Assembly (NCBI GenBank): GCA_028534125.1
Contig: CM052822.1
Coordinates: 25,792,001 to 25,856,000, forward strand
Length of the DNA: 64,000 nt
Source of the DNA: Lama glama
Taxonomy: Eukaryota
Reading direction: 5' to 3'
Position numbers and translations under genes: made by a program. Of the stretch, positions 1 through 13,369 are shown in pieces (position 1 is the first letter of the stretch; each line of letters begins with the position of its first letter). The notes beneath the pieces were generated by a model. The model was not told where the DNA came from. It was given only the letters and a program-made list of their open reading frames with translations, and did no database searches.

Positions 1-159
1 TTGGCATGAGGGATGAGGGGAGTCAACAAGAGAGATGGGCTTGTGGGTGAGGTGAGAGGAAAGAGCTGTGCAGGCTCTTGCTCACTTTCCCAGCCCTCCT
101 GACAAGCTCTGATTAGAGAGATCATCTATTCAGTCATCTAGCTTGTACTATAAAGTTAC

Positions 160-405
160 TAGCCTATTTCTTGGACTGAATGAACTCTTTTGGTGAAAGC
201 ATCATCTATTAATGGGGTTAATACTAGTATATTTGTCTGAAGGCAGGGGATGAAAGTGACAGACATTCAGTAACCCATCAGGGTCTCACCTCTTCCTGGT
301 GAGGCAGAGATGATAGTATCTGCCCTGCCAGTCAGTAAAGCTATGTGAAGTACTCTGCACAGTGCTTTGCCCTTGGTAAATGCTCCATAACTATGAGCTA
401 CTATA
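160..405 (+). mobile_element. MIR SINE, degenerate
   Basis: catctattaatggggttaatact core and aaagctatgtgaagtactctgcacagtgc...taaatgctcca 3' end. Confidence 0.55.
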
Positions 406-639
406 TGGTATAGTCCCTGGAAATTTGAACTAGTAAAACAAAAGTTATTGAGTGAACAACAACAGAAGTGTGATGTGGCGTTCAAAACAAGTCAATGTGT
501 GAAGTGCCGCAGCGGGAATAAGTATACTCTGTATATTGAATGAAGCAACAGTTGTACACACACAACAACATTGTAGAAAAATCCTCAAACATCTCTTTCT
601 ACCTAAGTGAGGTGGGTGGTGTAATTACTAGCGTGCTGC

Positions 640-915
640 CTTATATCAGAGATACCATCCCTCACCACCCTGTCTAAAATAGAACTCCCTCTACTTACTC
701 TCCACACTTTATCTGGCCTTACTTTCCATCTCAGCAAGTACTAACTCCTCACCGGTCTATTTGTATTTATTATCTGCCTCCCTCATCACTTTTGGAATAT
801 AAGACCCATGAAAGTATATCCTTTGGCCTATTTTTGACTTTTCTCACTACTATCAATTGCATTTGTAGAACAGTACATAACACATGGTAGGCATACAAGA
901 AAGATGTTGAATTAA
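640..915 (+). mobile_element. L2 LINE 3' end
   Basis: ccctcaccaccctgtctaaaatag...ttatctgcctccc...gaatataagacccatgaaag...tagaacagtacataacacatggtaggc. Confidence 0.75.
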
Positions 916-1669
916 TATCTTTTGAGGATGCTTCAGCTGTGACAGTGACTTTTCTTAAATGATCAGGTGCTTTTTACCCTACCTGATAATATATCGCATC
1001 TAGTTTTAAAGCAATAGCAGTACCTTTCCTAAGTGGCTCATAGTAGACATCATTGCATATAGATGGATCTTATGACAAGGACCTGGAAACTGTTTGTCTA
1101 TGATTGTTTGTCCTTTTAGACATAATCAGGAGAACTGCTTCTCAAATGGAGGTGCCCTCAATCCCAGCAGCTACAAAAGGTGTCTAAGTCAGGAGCAACA
1201 CCAGTAATTCTGCTCTGTGCACCATAAAAAATTAATAGCCATAAAAGTCAAATTGGCTTCCTCACTAGCAAATGAACTTTACTACCCGTTTTGGCTTACA
1301 GACTCTTAGTAACCAGTATGTAAAAAATACCAACTAGGGAAAGATATTTTCCTGCTTTATAGGCTTTAAAAAAACCCATTTAATTCAATCTGGCACCCAG
1401 GCTGAATGTAAAATAGTTGCAAAGCGCTATTGATGGGACAACACATGATATAATTAAATATATGTATCAATCCATCAAGTGTAAGATAAAAATCAATCAC
1501 ATGCAAACAGACACCTTTAGGTGGGAAAAAAGGCAGATGTTTGCTGCAGCCCTGCTTCTACATTGTGTCTGTTTGGGCTGTTTTGGAGCAATATCTCACC
1601 CGTGGCAAGATTATCCTTTGATATTTTTTGAGGGCCTGTTTTGTGAATAAAATTTCAGAGTTTTTGGGC

Positions 1670-1765
1670 CGGCATCTGAGGTCTAAAATTCACCTGGGGA
1701 ACTTGTTAAATATGCAGATTCTCAGGCCCGTTACAGAGGTTCTGATTATACTGATGGTGGTCCCA
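1670..1765. mobile_element. MER5-family hAT-Charlie fragment
   Basis: ttcacctggggaacttgttaaatatgcagattctcaggccc...gaggttctgatt. Confidence 0.7.
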
Positions 1766-1789
1766 GTGCCATAATTAGAAAAATAATGT

Positions 1790-2035
1790 CATCAGCCACA
1801 AGCCCTGGGTGAGAATCCAGGCTCCATCACTCACAGATTCTATGGTCTTGGGCAAGATAATGAATTTTTTTTCTAAACCTCAATTTTCTCATTTGTAATT
1901 CAAGCTTATGGATGATAAAGTATTCTGGATACATTACCATTTAATCCTACTTTATAGGCTAGTGTAGGAGTAAATGAGGCAATGTATGTAAAACATTTAG
2001 CTCAGAGTCTGATAAATACATTGTACTGTTGCTAC
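1790..2035 (+). mobile_element. MIR SINE
   Basis: ccctgggtgagaatccaggctccatcact...ttgggcaag...cctcaattttctcatttgtaa...taaatgaggcaatgtatgtaaaacatttag. Confidence 0.75.
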
Positions 2036-2039
2036 TGCC

Positions 2040-2270
2040 AGCAGCTAAAATGTTCTGAGTGCTTACTGTCTGAGGGGCACTGTTCTAAGTGCTTTACATA
2101 TATTCATTCTTTTAAATCTCAGGTAGGTACTGCTGTTATGCCTGTTTAATACAGTTGAGAAAACTGAGGCACAGAGAAATTAAGTAATCTGTTTGAGGTC
2201 ACACAGCAGTGAGGTGATAGACCAAAGACAAGAATCCTGGTTTCCGTGATGTCAAACCTCACACACTTCA
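2040..2270 (-). mobile_element. MIR SINE
   Basis: tgagtgcttactg...gcactgttctaagtgctttacata...gagaaaactgaggcacagagaaattaagtaa...aggtcacacagc. Confidence 0.85.
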
Positions 2271-5200
2271 TCTGCTATTATTATTTTCCACTGGAGCGCA
2301 CCTATCTTTATATTTGGTTCTTATCAGCCCCATATTGAAGTCATCCTACTGATTAGTCATCTGTTGTTCTCCTACGTGTTCTGGCACCAATATATTTATT
2401 GCTTAAGGGAAACTTTTAACATATACATTCTAAAATAAAAACCTGCCCTGTAGGTAATACCTGCCCCCAAAATATATATGTATAAAATCAACTTTAATTG
2501 ACAAATCAGAAGAACCAGCATAGGTTTTTTGACTCAGGCAGAATGCACCTCAAGAGGAATCAGTAAGGGAACATTTAAAAACCAAATTGTTAATTTAGTA
2601 TTGTTTATGGCTTAGCTATAGCTAGTGGAATTGTAAATGATTTCTGTCCTTTTTTTTAGAATTTTTACTGTTTCTGAATTTTGTATCACGATGAACTTAT
2701 AGGATTACTTTGCAATTAGAAAAAAATTCCTTTCTTCTGAAGAAAGCAAATTAACTGCAAATAGCACATCACAGTATTACTCTTGTGTTTCTTCAGGCTG
2801 CTGTTCACTCCTAGACATGCATCCTGGTCACCTCCATAGGACACTGAGAGAAAAATTGATCAATATTTTGGTGCCAAGGGGAGGTGGGAGGGGCTGGTGA
2901 GAGAGGGAATATTTTAAAACTCTGTGAGCTCTGTTAGAAGTATGCCTCAGTTCACTGACCTTGAAAATTAACCTAAGGTAACCAGAAGACTAAGCCCCAG
3001 AATAAACAAATAAGCAAGAAAATTCATTTCCAATTTTGAGCAAATGTTAACAACATGTTGTGTTTCCACAATGCCAAAACTTACTAATTTAATGAAAAAC
3101 AACATCAGTCAAGTCATTGGAAACACAGGAAAATCAATATGGGTGTTATTTTATAGATCAAACTATCACTTTATAGATGGAGTTTTTCTACTGTTCATGT
3201 ATTTGTTTTGTTACCACTTGAAATAGTTAGAGGTCATACTAGATTCTGAACAGATACTGGTGCTTCAAAGAGAAAAATTATGAAAACAACAAGTTGCAAA
3301 AGGAAATGTGATGAAAAAGGCTCTAGTACCTTTCAGGGCCATAGAAGAGCCACTGGAAACATTCCATTTTCTAATAAAGTGAATGCTAATGTATTTTTCT
3401 TTTTGATAGCACAGTGCAATCCATTTACTACTAGGTTGGAAACTTTTGGGTATAAAGAAATTGTAGACTATATGGAACAATTCTGCACGCCAATAATAAT
3501 CTCCCAGCCACATTGATGTGTTAAGCTACTTATAATAAGGGTTGCTTGGTATCTAATGGGAAAGGAGACTCTGGAACTAAGGTATTTCATAATCTTTTAT
3601 ATAAAAGCAAAGTTTCTAAAATGAGAAAAGATATTACTTGTAAGTTCTTGAGAATGTGGAGAGGAAAACCCTATTATACATGTAAGCCAAAAAAGAGATG
3701 ATACAATAATGGTATCTTACATTTATAAATTGTAATACCCTCAAATATTTGGTGTGTTTTCACATCTATTTTATCACTTTATTCCTGTCATAGCTCTATG
3801 TCAGGTAGGCATTTTCACCCAGATTGATGAAGAAACTAAGGCATGGTTGTGTCATTTGCTCAAAGTTACTGGTGGGGTAAAATTTAAAACATAGGCCATT
3901 ATACCTACTAAGTTGGGGCTGACTTGTACGCTATTTTTTGTCTGTCTTGAGAACCTGTCGTGGCACAAAATATCTGTGTGAAAAGTAAAAGCAAACAAGC
4001 AAACAAAAAGAAAAATAACCAGTGAAGCACCCAGTTTGCTTTGTCTACATCAACTTTCATGTCTAGAAGTGCTTAAATCAATGAATATGAATGGCAGGGT
4101 TCCAGGGAGCACGGGTCATTGATTACTATTGGCCTTTCATCCAGATTCTTCGAAATCCCTTATACTTAGCTGAAGTTAAGACGTGGACAGACATAGAAAT
4201 TCACAGCAAAGATTATCTGGATCAAATTATGCATTTTATAGTAGTTGTGATTTGGGTTTGAATATAGCTTAGATGCTTTTCACCTTCAGATCTGTACCAA
4301 AAAAATAATCAGTGGGAACAGGACAAATTCAGAGATACATAATAGAATGTTATGCCCCACTTGGGAGTTTTGGAAAAAATTTATTAGAAAGATTTTCCAA
4401 TTTAAGCCCTTGAGGATGTGTTGCTAACTACCCTTGGCTATTAACAGAAAAAGAGATTGAAATGAGGTAAGTGGGAATTCTGTCATACAGCTCTCATGAG
4501 GACATGTACTGACACTGTCTTGGTGACTGGGACTGACTGGGTTGCAGCACAGAAAAAACAGAAATAAGAACAAACCAAGACCCTGCTCCCATGGTGCTGA
4601 GAGTCTAGTGGGTGAAGAAAGAAAAAACGGACCCCAAATAACTAATTGCAATTTCAAATAGTAGTAAGTATTGGGATAGAAAATACAAAGGTGAGAAGAA
4701 AGAGATTGGAGTGCTTATTAAGATAGGGTAGTCAGGCAAGGCCTTTTTTTGACAAGGTAAAATTTTATTAATACATTTCGATCAATTTATGGTTCTGCAA
4801 AAAGGCTGAGTTTTTCAGAGGTGTGGGATATGAACAGATGAAGGTATATGTGATGGCAGAATCATGTCATGTTTATCTTATGGCCACCATGTTGCTTCCT
4901 CTACTGGAAGCTTCTCCTTTGCTCCCATGTTCCACCCAGCTTCCCCCTTTGCCCAGGTGATTCTGGTAACTTTTATTTATTCTTCGGTCCAAACATAGAT
5001 GATTCGTTGCTCAGATAGGCATTGCCTTTTCAGTTCTCCCTAAACACTAAATTCTTCCACTTTGTAATCACATTTGTAAGTATGTGTTTGATGTCAGTCT
5101 GTCCCACTTGACTGAGCTATCAGAATGCTAGGATCATGCATCTCTGTTTACCTTTGAGTTTTCTTCCTTCTATCCCTACAAATGTGGAGATTTAAGAAAA

Positions 5201-5664
5201 TAAAACTTTATCTTATTTGGGGAATTGGACTCGCATCCATAAACACATATAATAATATGGAGTGTTTTAAGTTCAGTTCTAATTACATATTAGGGCAGCA
5301 AAGATAGCTGACAGTAAGTGGATTCTAGGGTGAAAAGAAAATGGTTTTAGATTATTTAGATTATTGCACCGTGAAACTCTAACTAACAAGGAACTCTTCT
5401 GCTGCTGTTGTCTACTCTTCTAAAGAACCATGTCATGTAACATTCTGGTCACTGAAGTCACAAATGGCTCTTTTTTGCTAGTAGATTGAAGTTGATTAGG
5501 GATGCCAGTTGTATCTTCTTGGGTTTGTCTAGAAAGCCACTTAACAAGCTCAGTTGTAAACTACAGAAAGGAGGCTATTATGATCATTGGTAGGCTTAAG
5601 AAAGGAAGTGACATCATCTCGTTCACCTATTTTTGAATATATTCCACTTGCTAGGTAGAAAATA

Positions 5665-6000
5665 TATTGTGCGGGCCAGAGTGGAAGAAGAGAGACTATT
5701 TAGGAAGCTGTTATTAGTAGCCCAGACAAGAGAATAGGGTGACTTAGACTACAGTTGTAGGAATGGAGGAGAGAAGTGAGCATATTTGAGATGTATCTTG
5801 GAAATACAATCAAGAGAATTTATTTTCTGGATTGGATACAGGGTGTGAGGGAGCTGAAGGTGCCTGCTGATTTTTGCTATGAGTAACTGAGGCTGAACGG
5901 TGGTGCCCTTTACTGAGTTGATGACACTTAGAGGGTGAGTGAGTGAAATGGAGGGTTCCTTTACAGATACTTTAAATTCTAGGTGCCAAACTATACATCC
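5665..6000 (-). mobile_element. L2 LINE fragment
   Basis: gagactatttaggaagctgttattagtagcccagacaagaga...ggattggatacagggtgtgaggga...gagtaactg. Confidence 0.75.
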
Positions 6001-6211
6001 AACTCTCTTTTTCAGACTAAATCTGCCAATTATTACATTTGTTATTATGTGTTAAAATAATTCCTTACCCTATTCTTCTTTGTTTTTGAATGTGAGCTCC
6101 TTCTAAGGACAGAATACGTTTGCACTCACTTTTGTACTCCTTGTATTTCTGGGGGCTCTACATTAGCTGAATGAATGAATAGATAGTGGTTCCACATTGC
6201 TTACCTTTATC

Positions 6212-6372
6212 NNNNNNNNNNNNNNNNNNNNNNNNNNNNNNNNNNNNNNNNNNNNNNNNNNNNNNNNNNNNNNNNNNNNNNNNNNNNNNNNNNNNNNNNN
6301 NNNNNNNNNNNNNNNNNNNNNNNNNNNNNNNNNNNNNNNNNNNNNNNNNNNNNNNNNNNNNNNNNNNNNNNN
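6212..6372. other. Assembly gap (N run)
   Basis: Run of N. Confidence 1.
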
Positions 6373-6379
6373 TTTCTTT

Positions 6380-6550
6380 TCCAGTTTAAGAAAAAGCACT
6401 AAACTGAGAATCGTCGCATCTAGGTCTAGACTTCACTAGCTGTGTGACTTTAGAAGCTCCATTGAATATTTTTCTGAGCCTCAGTTTCTACATTTGAAAA
6501 ATGAGGTAATTAGAGGTGATCTCTAAACTTTCTTCCCATTTGAAAACTCT
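6380..6550 (+). mobile_element. MIR/MIR3 SINE
   Basis: cactagctgtgtgacttt...tctgagcctcagtttctacatttgaaaaatgagg...tgatctctaa. Confidence 0.75.
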
Positions 6551-7039
6551 GTAACTGGTATTTTTCTCTCTGAGATGTGCAAATCCAATAAGCACTTGTA
6601 AGTTTTACTATGTAATTGTTTCAAGGGAGTGTATTTTTAGAAAGAGACAATTTAGAGGTAATCAATTCAACTCACTTATGTGAAATGTGAGGGAAATAGA
6701 ACCCGGAAGTATGCTTCCCACTTATAAAGTGAGTCTAAAAGTGACAATAATAGCAACAATAATAGCAATAACCATAAGAACACCTACATCAAAAGATTCT
6801 TGTGGAACTACAATTAGATAAAACATGCAAAAGTGCCTAGCTTAGGGATAAATGTTCAATAAATGTTGGTTCTCACAATGATTGTTGTTGTTAGATGTCA
6901 TGTGACTTGCCCAAGGATGTCTGATCAGCTAGTGGCAGACCTGGGGCTCAGTTGTTTCCTTAAGAGGCAGAAGCCTTTGATTTATTTTCTAGGCCCTTCC
7001 TGTTTTCTCTCCCAGCAACCAGAGCTGAATATGCTTCAT

Positions 7040-7310
7040 ACTCTATGGAGACAGTGCACTAAAGTGGTTATGGACTTACCTTAGGGATGAGATAAAATCT
7101 AGGTTTGAAACCAGTTCCTTGTATTTTTATTATGTGACATTAGGTAAGTTATTGACCATTACTGAATCTCAGTCTCCTTATCTGTAAAATGGGGATGATA
7201 ATAATAATGGGTACCATTCTCAAAGAGATGTAGTGAGAATAAATGATGTAATGTATGTCAAATACTTGGTAATGTCCGCGGCATGAATAAGGTCAATAAA
7301 TATTACTTAT
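7040..7310 (+). mobile_element. MIR SINE
   Basis: tgtgacattaggtaagttattgacc...ctgaatctcagtctccttatctgtaaaatggggatgataata...gtgagaataaatga. Confidence 0.85.
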
Positions 7311-7579
7311 CCTAATTACCTACCCCTACCCGCACTTGCTAGTGATGGAAGTTCTCTACATTACCTACCTAGAAGTTATTACATGTATTTTTGATGGAAG
7401 GTCTGGCACTGCCAATCTGGCAAAGATGTCAACTCAAACATTTCCCTGGGAAATATTATCAGAGCAGGTCAATTTGGATATTAGAAGATGACAGTCCTTT
7501 AGGCCTGGATAGAAACTGGTATGGATTAAATAGGGTGGAGGGCCACTGGAGGGAGTTCTCTGGTAAAGAAACAAAATTT

Positions 7580-8090
7580 TTAAATTATCCAATGTGTTTG
7601 AACATGAAAAAAATTATTGGTGTTTGAAAGATCTGTGGAAACATTTCGAAAATATCAGTGATAGTTCATGTAAATCTATGTAAATGAGACAAATATCTTC
7701 AAGAAGATATGGATAGTAAGGGAAATGACATATCATTGGACCATTTGGCTTGATGGACAATAGTACATAGTTAGAATTATTTAAACAGAAATAGTAACTT
7801 CATTCTACTTAAAAAATAGGTGAGTGGAAGGAAAGAAGTTGAGGGTGGTGGTAAAGGAGAGCTAAATTCTCATCTAAAATGACAAGAAGTCAAAGAATAG
7901 TATCTAAGCTCAATAAATAAAAAGCAATAATTGTAGTTAGAAACATTAAGGAAATTAGAAAGAAAAATGGCAAAAGGAGAATAGGATGGGTGTGTAGGAA
8001 GGAGGCCACTATCTTTTCTTGTGTGCATTTATTTACTGTTTGACTTAAAATGATGATTACTTTGATTTAAAAAAGGTAGAAAAAAAGAGA
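7580..8090 (+). mobile_element. Old L1 (L1ME-type) 3' UTR fragment
   Basis: A-rich sequence with tagtacatagttagaatt...gagctaaattctcatct...agaagtcaa...tttactgtttgactt...tactttgatttaaaaaa, as in L1ME 3' ends. Confidence 0.6.
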
Positions 8091-9082
8091 TGATCTACAT
8101 CTGTCTTTACTTTTTGTATGTTTCTTAAATGAGATACATATGAGTTATCTGTAAACTTTATATAAAGCTTTTTAAAAAAATGCTTATCAAGGCTCTCACA
8201 GTAGTTGAGAACTGTAACTCCCCCACATTATATATAAGGATGCCTATAAAATGCAGTATTGGGCAATATAATTTTTCTGGCATTTAGATACAAACTTAAG
8301 GTATTATTAATGCTGGAAATACATTTGTATTGATTACTTTTCAATAAGCTTATGTTAATATTACCAAATACATGTTATCAAACATAAATACAAGTTACAA
8401 TTTTTTTGAAGTAAATGTCATAACACTTCTTATTATGTTACTTTATTACACTTAATTTAGCTCATGAAGGGCAGGAACTGAGTCTTTCTCATCTTCAATA
8501 ACTCTTAGAACCCAGCATTCAATATATGAATAACAGGCATTTCCATTAGGGACTTTAATTACATGGCATTTCTTACCATGAATTTAGGCAGGACAGTAAA
8601 CCTTTATATTTTATCTTAGATAACGGTTTACTTAGCCAAAAAGATAATTTTGATAGGCTCATTTTGCTGTTTTGTTTTATATTTTTTAGGAAAACATAAC
8701 ATCCTATCATATATTAATTTTTATTTATTAGTAGATCCTATACTCTTAAAAACAAATTACTAGAAATTCTTATTTGAGGTAGAAGGTGAATGATGTCACA
8801 CTGTAATCATAGAATCAGCTTGGATACTCAAAATATGTCTCCAGTACCATGGGAGACTTAGACGGTGGTTCTTATCAGAATCTGAGAAAAACAGTATTTA
8901 AAAATATTACTTAAGTTGATTCCATTAAGACCTTACTGAGAACTACATTATAAACTCAATCTATTGTTTCATAATTATAGTAAGAGCTGATATTCTCATA
9001 GAAGGCTTACAAGTAGTATTAATGGGATTAAGTCAAGTAATTTTTAGGCATGGTAATATATTTAAAGTAATTTATGTGAACT

Positions 9083-9295
9083 GGGACTTCTGCTTCTGGG
9101 AAAAATAAAGTGATGACTCGAATTTACATTTCTACCAAAAATAGCCAAAGTTAGTCAAAATGTATGAAACAACAATTTTGAAGACATTGGACATCATATT
9201 CTAAGCCATAAAACAGTTTCAATAAATTTAAAAGGATTCAAGTCACAAAAAAATATTCTCTGACCACAATGGAAATAAATCAGAAACCAATAAAA
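9083..9295 (+). mobile_element. Old L1 remnant: 5' UTR start joined to the end of the ORF2 endonuclease domain
   Basis: gggacttctgcttctggg...aaaatgtatgaaacaacaattttgaagacattggacatca (L1M 5' end) followed directly by tattctaagccataaaacagtttcaataaatttaaaaggatt...ttctctgaccacaatggaa (ILSHKT..NKFKRI...FSDHNG). Confidence 0.65.
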
Positions 9296-10225
9296 CAGTC
9301 CACTTAATAAATTAACAAATGAAATTATTTATTTTATGCAACAATTCAAGTGAAAGTGTCCTTGGATTTTAGGGGGATAAAACGTCTCAGTTCCCACCCC
9401 TGAAGAGGAAAAGTCATTTTAGACTGTATAGAATGGCCAGTGTAGGAATGTCATTTTATGTATGAGTTTACACTGGCAAAATAATGTGGGTACTAGTGGG
9501 AAATAAGACTTACTTGGCAAATAACCATGTGCTTTTGAGAAATAAAATGAGTTAGGAGACTTTGAAATCTAAAAGAGTTAATGCATGGAGTAATTTTATT
9601 TTCTTATCTAATTGAATATAGGGCCTAAAAATCAGTGAAATGCATTTCAGTCAGACAACACTTAATTAGGATTTAAGCATCTTTGAACTAATTTTTTTCT
9701 TGATGATTGTCCTTTGTGGGGGATAGACACTTTTTAACTGATTCTCCCATACATGTATACAACTAACTCACTTTACTTTTTATTTCTGCTCAACACAAGT
9801 TCTGCTGTCACAAGACCCTTCATTGACACCCAATTACATCTCATCCACTCCCACATCTGAGCCTTTGTTCATGTTGAAACTCCACATGATACCTTTCCTG
9901 GCTCTTTCCATCTTGCTTTCCAAAGCCCACCTATTTATACTTCCATCTTATCTGCTAGAGAATTTCCTTCAACTATTCTGACATGCCAAACTTTTTTCTC
10001 TGAATTCCTATAGAATTCCATATATAATAAAGACTAAAGAAGTATAACACAGACTCTCTAATTCATTAATTTTTAAATCAGTGGATTTTAAACTATGGTA
10101 TACATCATAATCACTTGGGAGTGAGTATAATAATGGTTTTGGGCAAAATCCTCAAAAATCCTAACGCACTAAGATATACCAAAGAGCTCAGGATAACTTG
10201 TTGTGATGGTCTGCATCACAGGGGT

Positions 10226-10252
10226 AAAAACAAAAAACAAAAAACAAAAAAC
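10226..10252 (+). repeat. (AAAAAAC)n simple repeat
   Basis: aaaaacaaaaaacaaaaaacaaaaaac. Confidence 0.85.
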
Positions 10253-10509
10253 GACTCTTTAATGGATTTCGATAATTCAATCTAGTTTACTCATAGAAAT
10301 ACACAATGTCTAATTATATCTTTATATCAACAAGTAGAATGCTAAGCATAAAATGAATTCTCAATAAATGCTCACCAATTTATTGAAGCAGTGCAGTTAC
10401 ACATACATTTAATGTATGTACTCTTCAGGATTTTTTGTTTTTAGTGATTCTATAGCCAGGTATGTTAATTTAACTTTTTTTCTAAACTTGTGATTTGGCT
10501 TCTCATTTG

Positions 10510-10690
10510 AATAATAGAATTTTAGAGCTGGAAGGGATTTCTAGAATTAGCTTTGTTCTCTCATTTTTCGATGAAGCAATTGAGGGCATGAGAGGTTAAG
10601 TGACTTACCCAAGTTCACACAGTTAATTAGTGAGAGACCTGCATCTACAGAAGCCAAGTCTCCAGGCTCCCAAGCCTCATGTTCTTGCTG
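10510..10690 (-). mobile_element. MIR3/MIR SINE
   Basis: tagaattttagagctggaaggga...gatgaagcaattgaggg...gagaggttaagtgacttacccaagttcacacag. Confidence 0.8.
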
Positions 10691-10820
10691 CTGTACGTGT
10701 GGTCTCTTACTAAGAAATCTGCCCAGTAATCCTACGTAGTAACACCAGAGACAAGATTTAAACACACATTTCTCAATAAGTTAAGTGACTGAAAACTTCA
10801 TGTCATTCCAAAGAACTTAC

Positions 10821-11035
10821 AGCAGCTGTTACTTTAGCTTATTTGATATGGATAATTTGGGGTCAGATAATTTTGCTGCGGGCCTTTCCTGTGTGTAGTA
10901 GGAATTTTAGCAGGATCCCTGGCGTCTATTCACTGGTTGCCAATAGCACCCTTTACCACAGTACCAATAAAAAATATCTCTGGACATCGCCAAGTCCTCT
11001 GGGAAACAAAATCGCTCCTAGTTGAAAGCCTTTGC
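10821..11035. mobile_element. MER20 hAT-Charlie MITE
   Basis: ttggggtcagataattttgctg...tgtgtagtaggaattttagcaggatccctggcgtctattcactggttgccaatagcaccc...tctctggacatcgccaagtcctctggg...aaaatcgctcctagttgaaa. Confidence 0.85.
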
Positions 11036-13104
11036 TTTATACAGACAAGGAAGTAGGTGCTTGGATTTTTGGATTCTTAGATTTTTGGAAAGACTCATAA
11101 AGGGTTTTTCAGTATCTTTGCCAGACAGAGATTTTCATAAGAGGATGCTTTGCATTTGAAGCAATCACTCTCTGAAGACCCTATACACATATATTGGAAA
11201 TAAAAGGCCAGAAAAGTTAAAAGTGCAGTGCAATGTTATAAAGTAAAATTACTAAGGCATATGATGGTATGATTTAGATAGATTTCTGTGGCTTTTTTAT
11301 TTGCATGAATTTTTATTATGCCTCTTTTAATTTTATTCCTCAGCATTACAGTGCCTATTATTTCTTTATGTGAAAGATTATGTTACGGTACAAAATGATT
11401 TTCATCATCTATAATCCAGTATATACATATTCTAGACATGAAGCATTTATCTTGTAGATTTTTTAAAAGTCAGGAAAAACTATGTAGATATACCTTTTGG
11501 AAAATGTAAATATATATAATGCTTTATCATATGCAGTATCTTATTCTTCCCCTCCTTTCCTTGAATATAGAAGCTTAGACAAGCCTATTTGACCACTTTA
11601 GTCAAGCTTGACATTAATGAAATAATTTCTTAATGGATATCTGCTCATCATTGCTGCTGTGCTGAAGGAAACAGCATCTTTTGACTCTTACGGGGTAGGA
11701 ATTATGAACTGAAGTTTAATGAATGAGCAACATATTACCAAACAGCTGTCAGAGAGACATCTCTTCAGTGTAAGTAAGGATATGAAATAAAGGGAGAGAA
11801 ATATTATTTAAGGAAAATTTTATCCCAGAGAATGGCTTGTGAAATAGAAGCATTATGGGGGGAGTGGAAGGTTGGGTTCCAGTCCTGCCTCTGTCACAAG
11901 GACACTCTCTGATCTTGGGCATATTTTTGTTCATCAGATAATAAGGGTATTGGGCTAGATGATCTTGTACTTGCGTATACTGCATATCTCTAGTAGAAAT
12001 TCCAATTATTTATATTGCTCAGAAGAAAATACGTTTCAGCAGAAAGAAAAAAAATAGCATTAGAGAAATGCTCCAAGTAATAGTGTAAACGTCATCATGA
12101 CAAACTGTCCTCTTCTAGAGCTGAACATGGGATTTTACTTAGAGGACATACATAGAAACCTCTAACTACATTAAAACAAAATACTAGCCTCCAAATGATT
12201 TTTTCTTCTTTAGCTAAAACAAAATACTGTATTCGCTCTTAGCAATATTTTACTCAATTAAGTCAATTAGTAGTTTCATATTCAAAGGAAATAATATTCA
12301 GTGATTATAATGTTGATGATTTTCATAATTTAAATATGGAAATTATAAATATCAACTGCTTAGACTTCAATTACCTTATTAACATGCAACAGAGACTACA
12401 CACCTACTCTATTGGTATCATTTTTCTTATTTAGTTCTGTGGCAACTAAGCACTGTCAACCTGTAATATGGTTTCATCAAGCTCTCATACTAGCTCCTGG
12501 CCAAAGTCTGACACAGACAGTCAATATCTAGGTTTAATTATGTTGATGAATTTTAAAAAGTCACCTTTTTGCGTGTGGGCTAAATGCTCACTGTGTGTAG
12601 GGAGATCAGCTGTTGCTCTTTTGATTTACTCTAAAGATTGGAACAGAAGAAGGTCAGGGATTCTTTGATGCAAGCTGATTAAAATGTGAATGATTATGTA
12701 TGCCTCGTTTAAGTTTGTTCTTGGACTAGTGAGTAAAGCAGAAATTTCTTTTTCATATATATTATGACTGTGCACGTTAGGGTAATGGTTTAGATGTCTA
12801 AGTGCCAAGAAGATCTACACGTTAACCTTTGAAAGAGTACTCAAACATACCTGGAGTTTTTTCTTCCTTTACAAAATTGAGTATCTTAATGTGTCTTACT
12901 CATGCCATAGGGCAACTGAGCGTGGGAAAGAAAACTGCAGACACAGAGAGAAGTAGGTTCCATCAGATCATTAATGAAACCAGATGGGGATATTCTTCAC
13001 TGGTGGTTGTCGGGCCTCTGGGCATGTATCTGTGGATATTTCTGCTCAACTGGAATACTTTTCTTAGAAATTTGTCTCTTTAGATCAAATGTGATCTATG
13101 GACT

Positions 13105-13265
13105 ACCTCTTTTGGAATCACCTGAATTTCTTAAAATGCATGTTCCCTGATCTCATCACCAGCTATTCTGTTTCTATAGGTCTAGAGTAGAGCTCAGGAA
13201 TAAACATGTCCTTACAAAAATTCCAGATGATTCTGATATGCATTAAAAGCTCTCAAACCACTAAC
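13105..13265. mobile_element. MER5A hAT-Charlie MITE
   Basis: ttggaatcacctg...ttaaaatgca...taggtctagagtagagctcaggaat...ccagatgattctgatatgca...aaaccact. Confidence 0.75.
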
Positions 13266-13369
13266 TAATGTAGCAGCAGGCAGAACTCCATCAGGACAAA
13301 CGTGTCTTTGTCTGCTTTTCCCAGTGACCCCTCATCCCTCTTCCATCCCCTACCATCAGCTCATCTAGG

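Noticed and set aside
1790-2270. Inverted pair of MIRs as a dsRNA or editing substrate
   Set aside because: The copies are too diverged for extended pairing, and such arrangements are common.
3395-3590. Possible internal exon (tttttctttttgatag acceptor ... aag|gtattt donor)
   Set aside because: All three frames contain stops and there is no recognisable protein similarity; at most a non-coding exon, which I cannot support.
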